A DNA stretch of 63,785 bases, filler included, from Reticulomyxa filosa (lineage: Eukaryota; Protista; Foraminifera), in the NCBI GenBank assembly GCA_000512085.1. It is 13 parts of 13 records of this genome, joined end to end, with 100 filler letters (N's around TTAATTAATTAA, not from the genome) between each part and the next. Parts side by side here need not be neighbours in the genome. Positions count along the whole stretch, not along the records: positions 62,786 to 63,785 come from ASPP01045667.1; 12 more parts are not named here. One strand, written 5' to 3'. The notes under the pieces were generated by a model that worked only from the letters and a program-made list of their open reading frames with translations, had not been told where the DNA came from and did not search any database. Position 1 is the stretch's first letter, and every line of letters begins with the position of its first letter. Shown here piece after piece: positions 63,719 to 63,785 of this stretch. A program made the translations under genes and the position numbers.

Positions 63719-63785
63719 TTGTTTTTTTTTCTTTCCCTGTCTTTTTTTTTTTTTTTTTTTTTTTTAAATTGAATCCAAAAAGCTT

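Noticed and set aside
1-63785. Gene cluster or operon-like system across the window
   Set aside because: The genes sit on separate concatenated contigs; linkage across linkers is artificial.

Overview
This is AT-rich, intron-containing eukaryotic DNA, not a prokaryotic locus. Thirteen unrelated short contigs are joined by an artificial 100-nt linker (44 N + TTAATTAATTAA + 44 N), so adjacency across linkers has no biological meaning. A degenerate polyubiquitin carries an extra Ala at a monomer junction (..RSG-A-MQI), a Rhizaria (Cercozoa/Foraminifera) signature. Together with many decayed gene-family copies and microsatellite-rich introns, this suggests a foraminiferan such as Reticulomyxa filosa (inference). 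Recognisable genes: a protein kinase first exon, an RNF213/mysterin-like E3 C-terminus, a SCAB/AIR9-like Ig protein, 6-phosphogluconolactonase, a PPR-SMR protein, a TPR protein, a long coiled-coil protein, a DENND4-like GEF with an inserted PDZ, an RRM protein with DR(S/P)Fx repeats, a SWIM-RING protein, 5-aminolevulinate synthase, a TUTase/PAP-associated fragment, a presenilin-like protein, a beta-propeller-like protein and beta-mannosidase. There are also caspase-like, WD40 and proteasome pseudogene fragments and a Tc1 transposase remnant. Most notable: an 80-aa two-exon membrane microprotein missing from the ORF track; introns with GTT donors, A-rich acceptors and T-run/A-run hairpins; a degenerate RZ finger; a degenerate presenilin active site; a triple winged-helix protein; a possible Helitron end downstream of co-oriented gene fragments; and a 35-bp-arm hairpin. 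All family calls come from motif recognition by eye; no searches were run.
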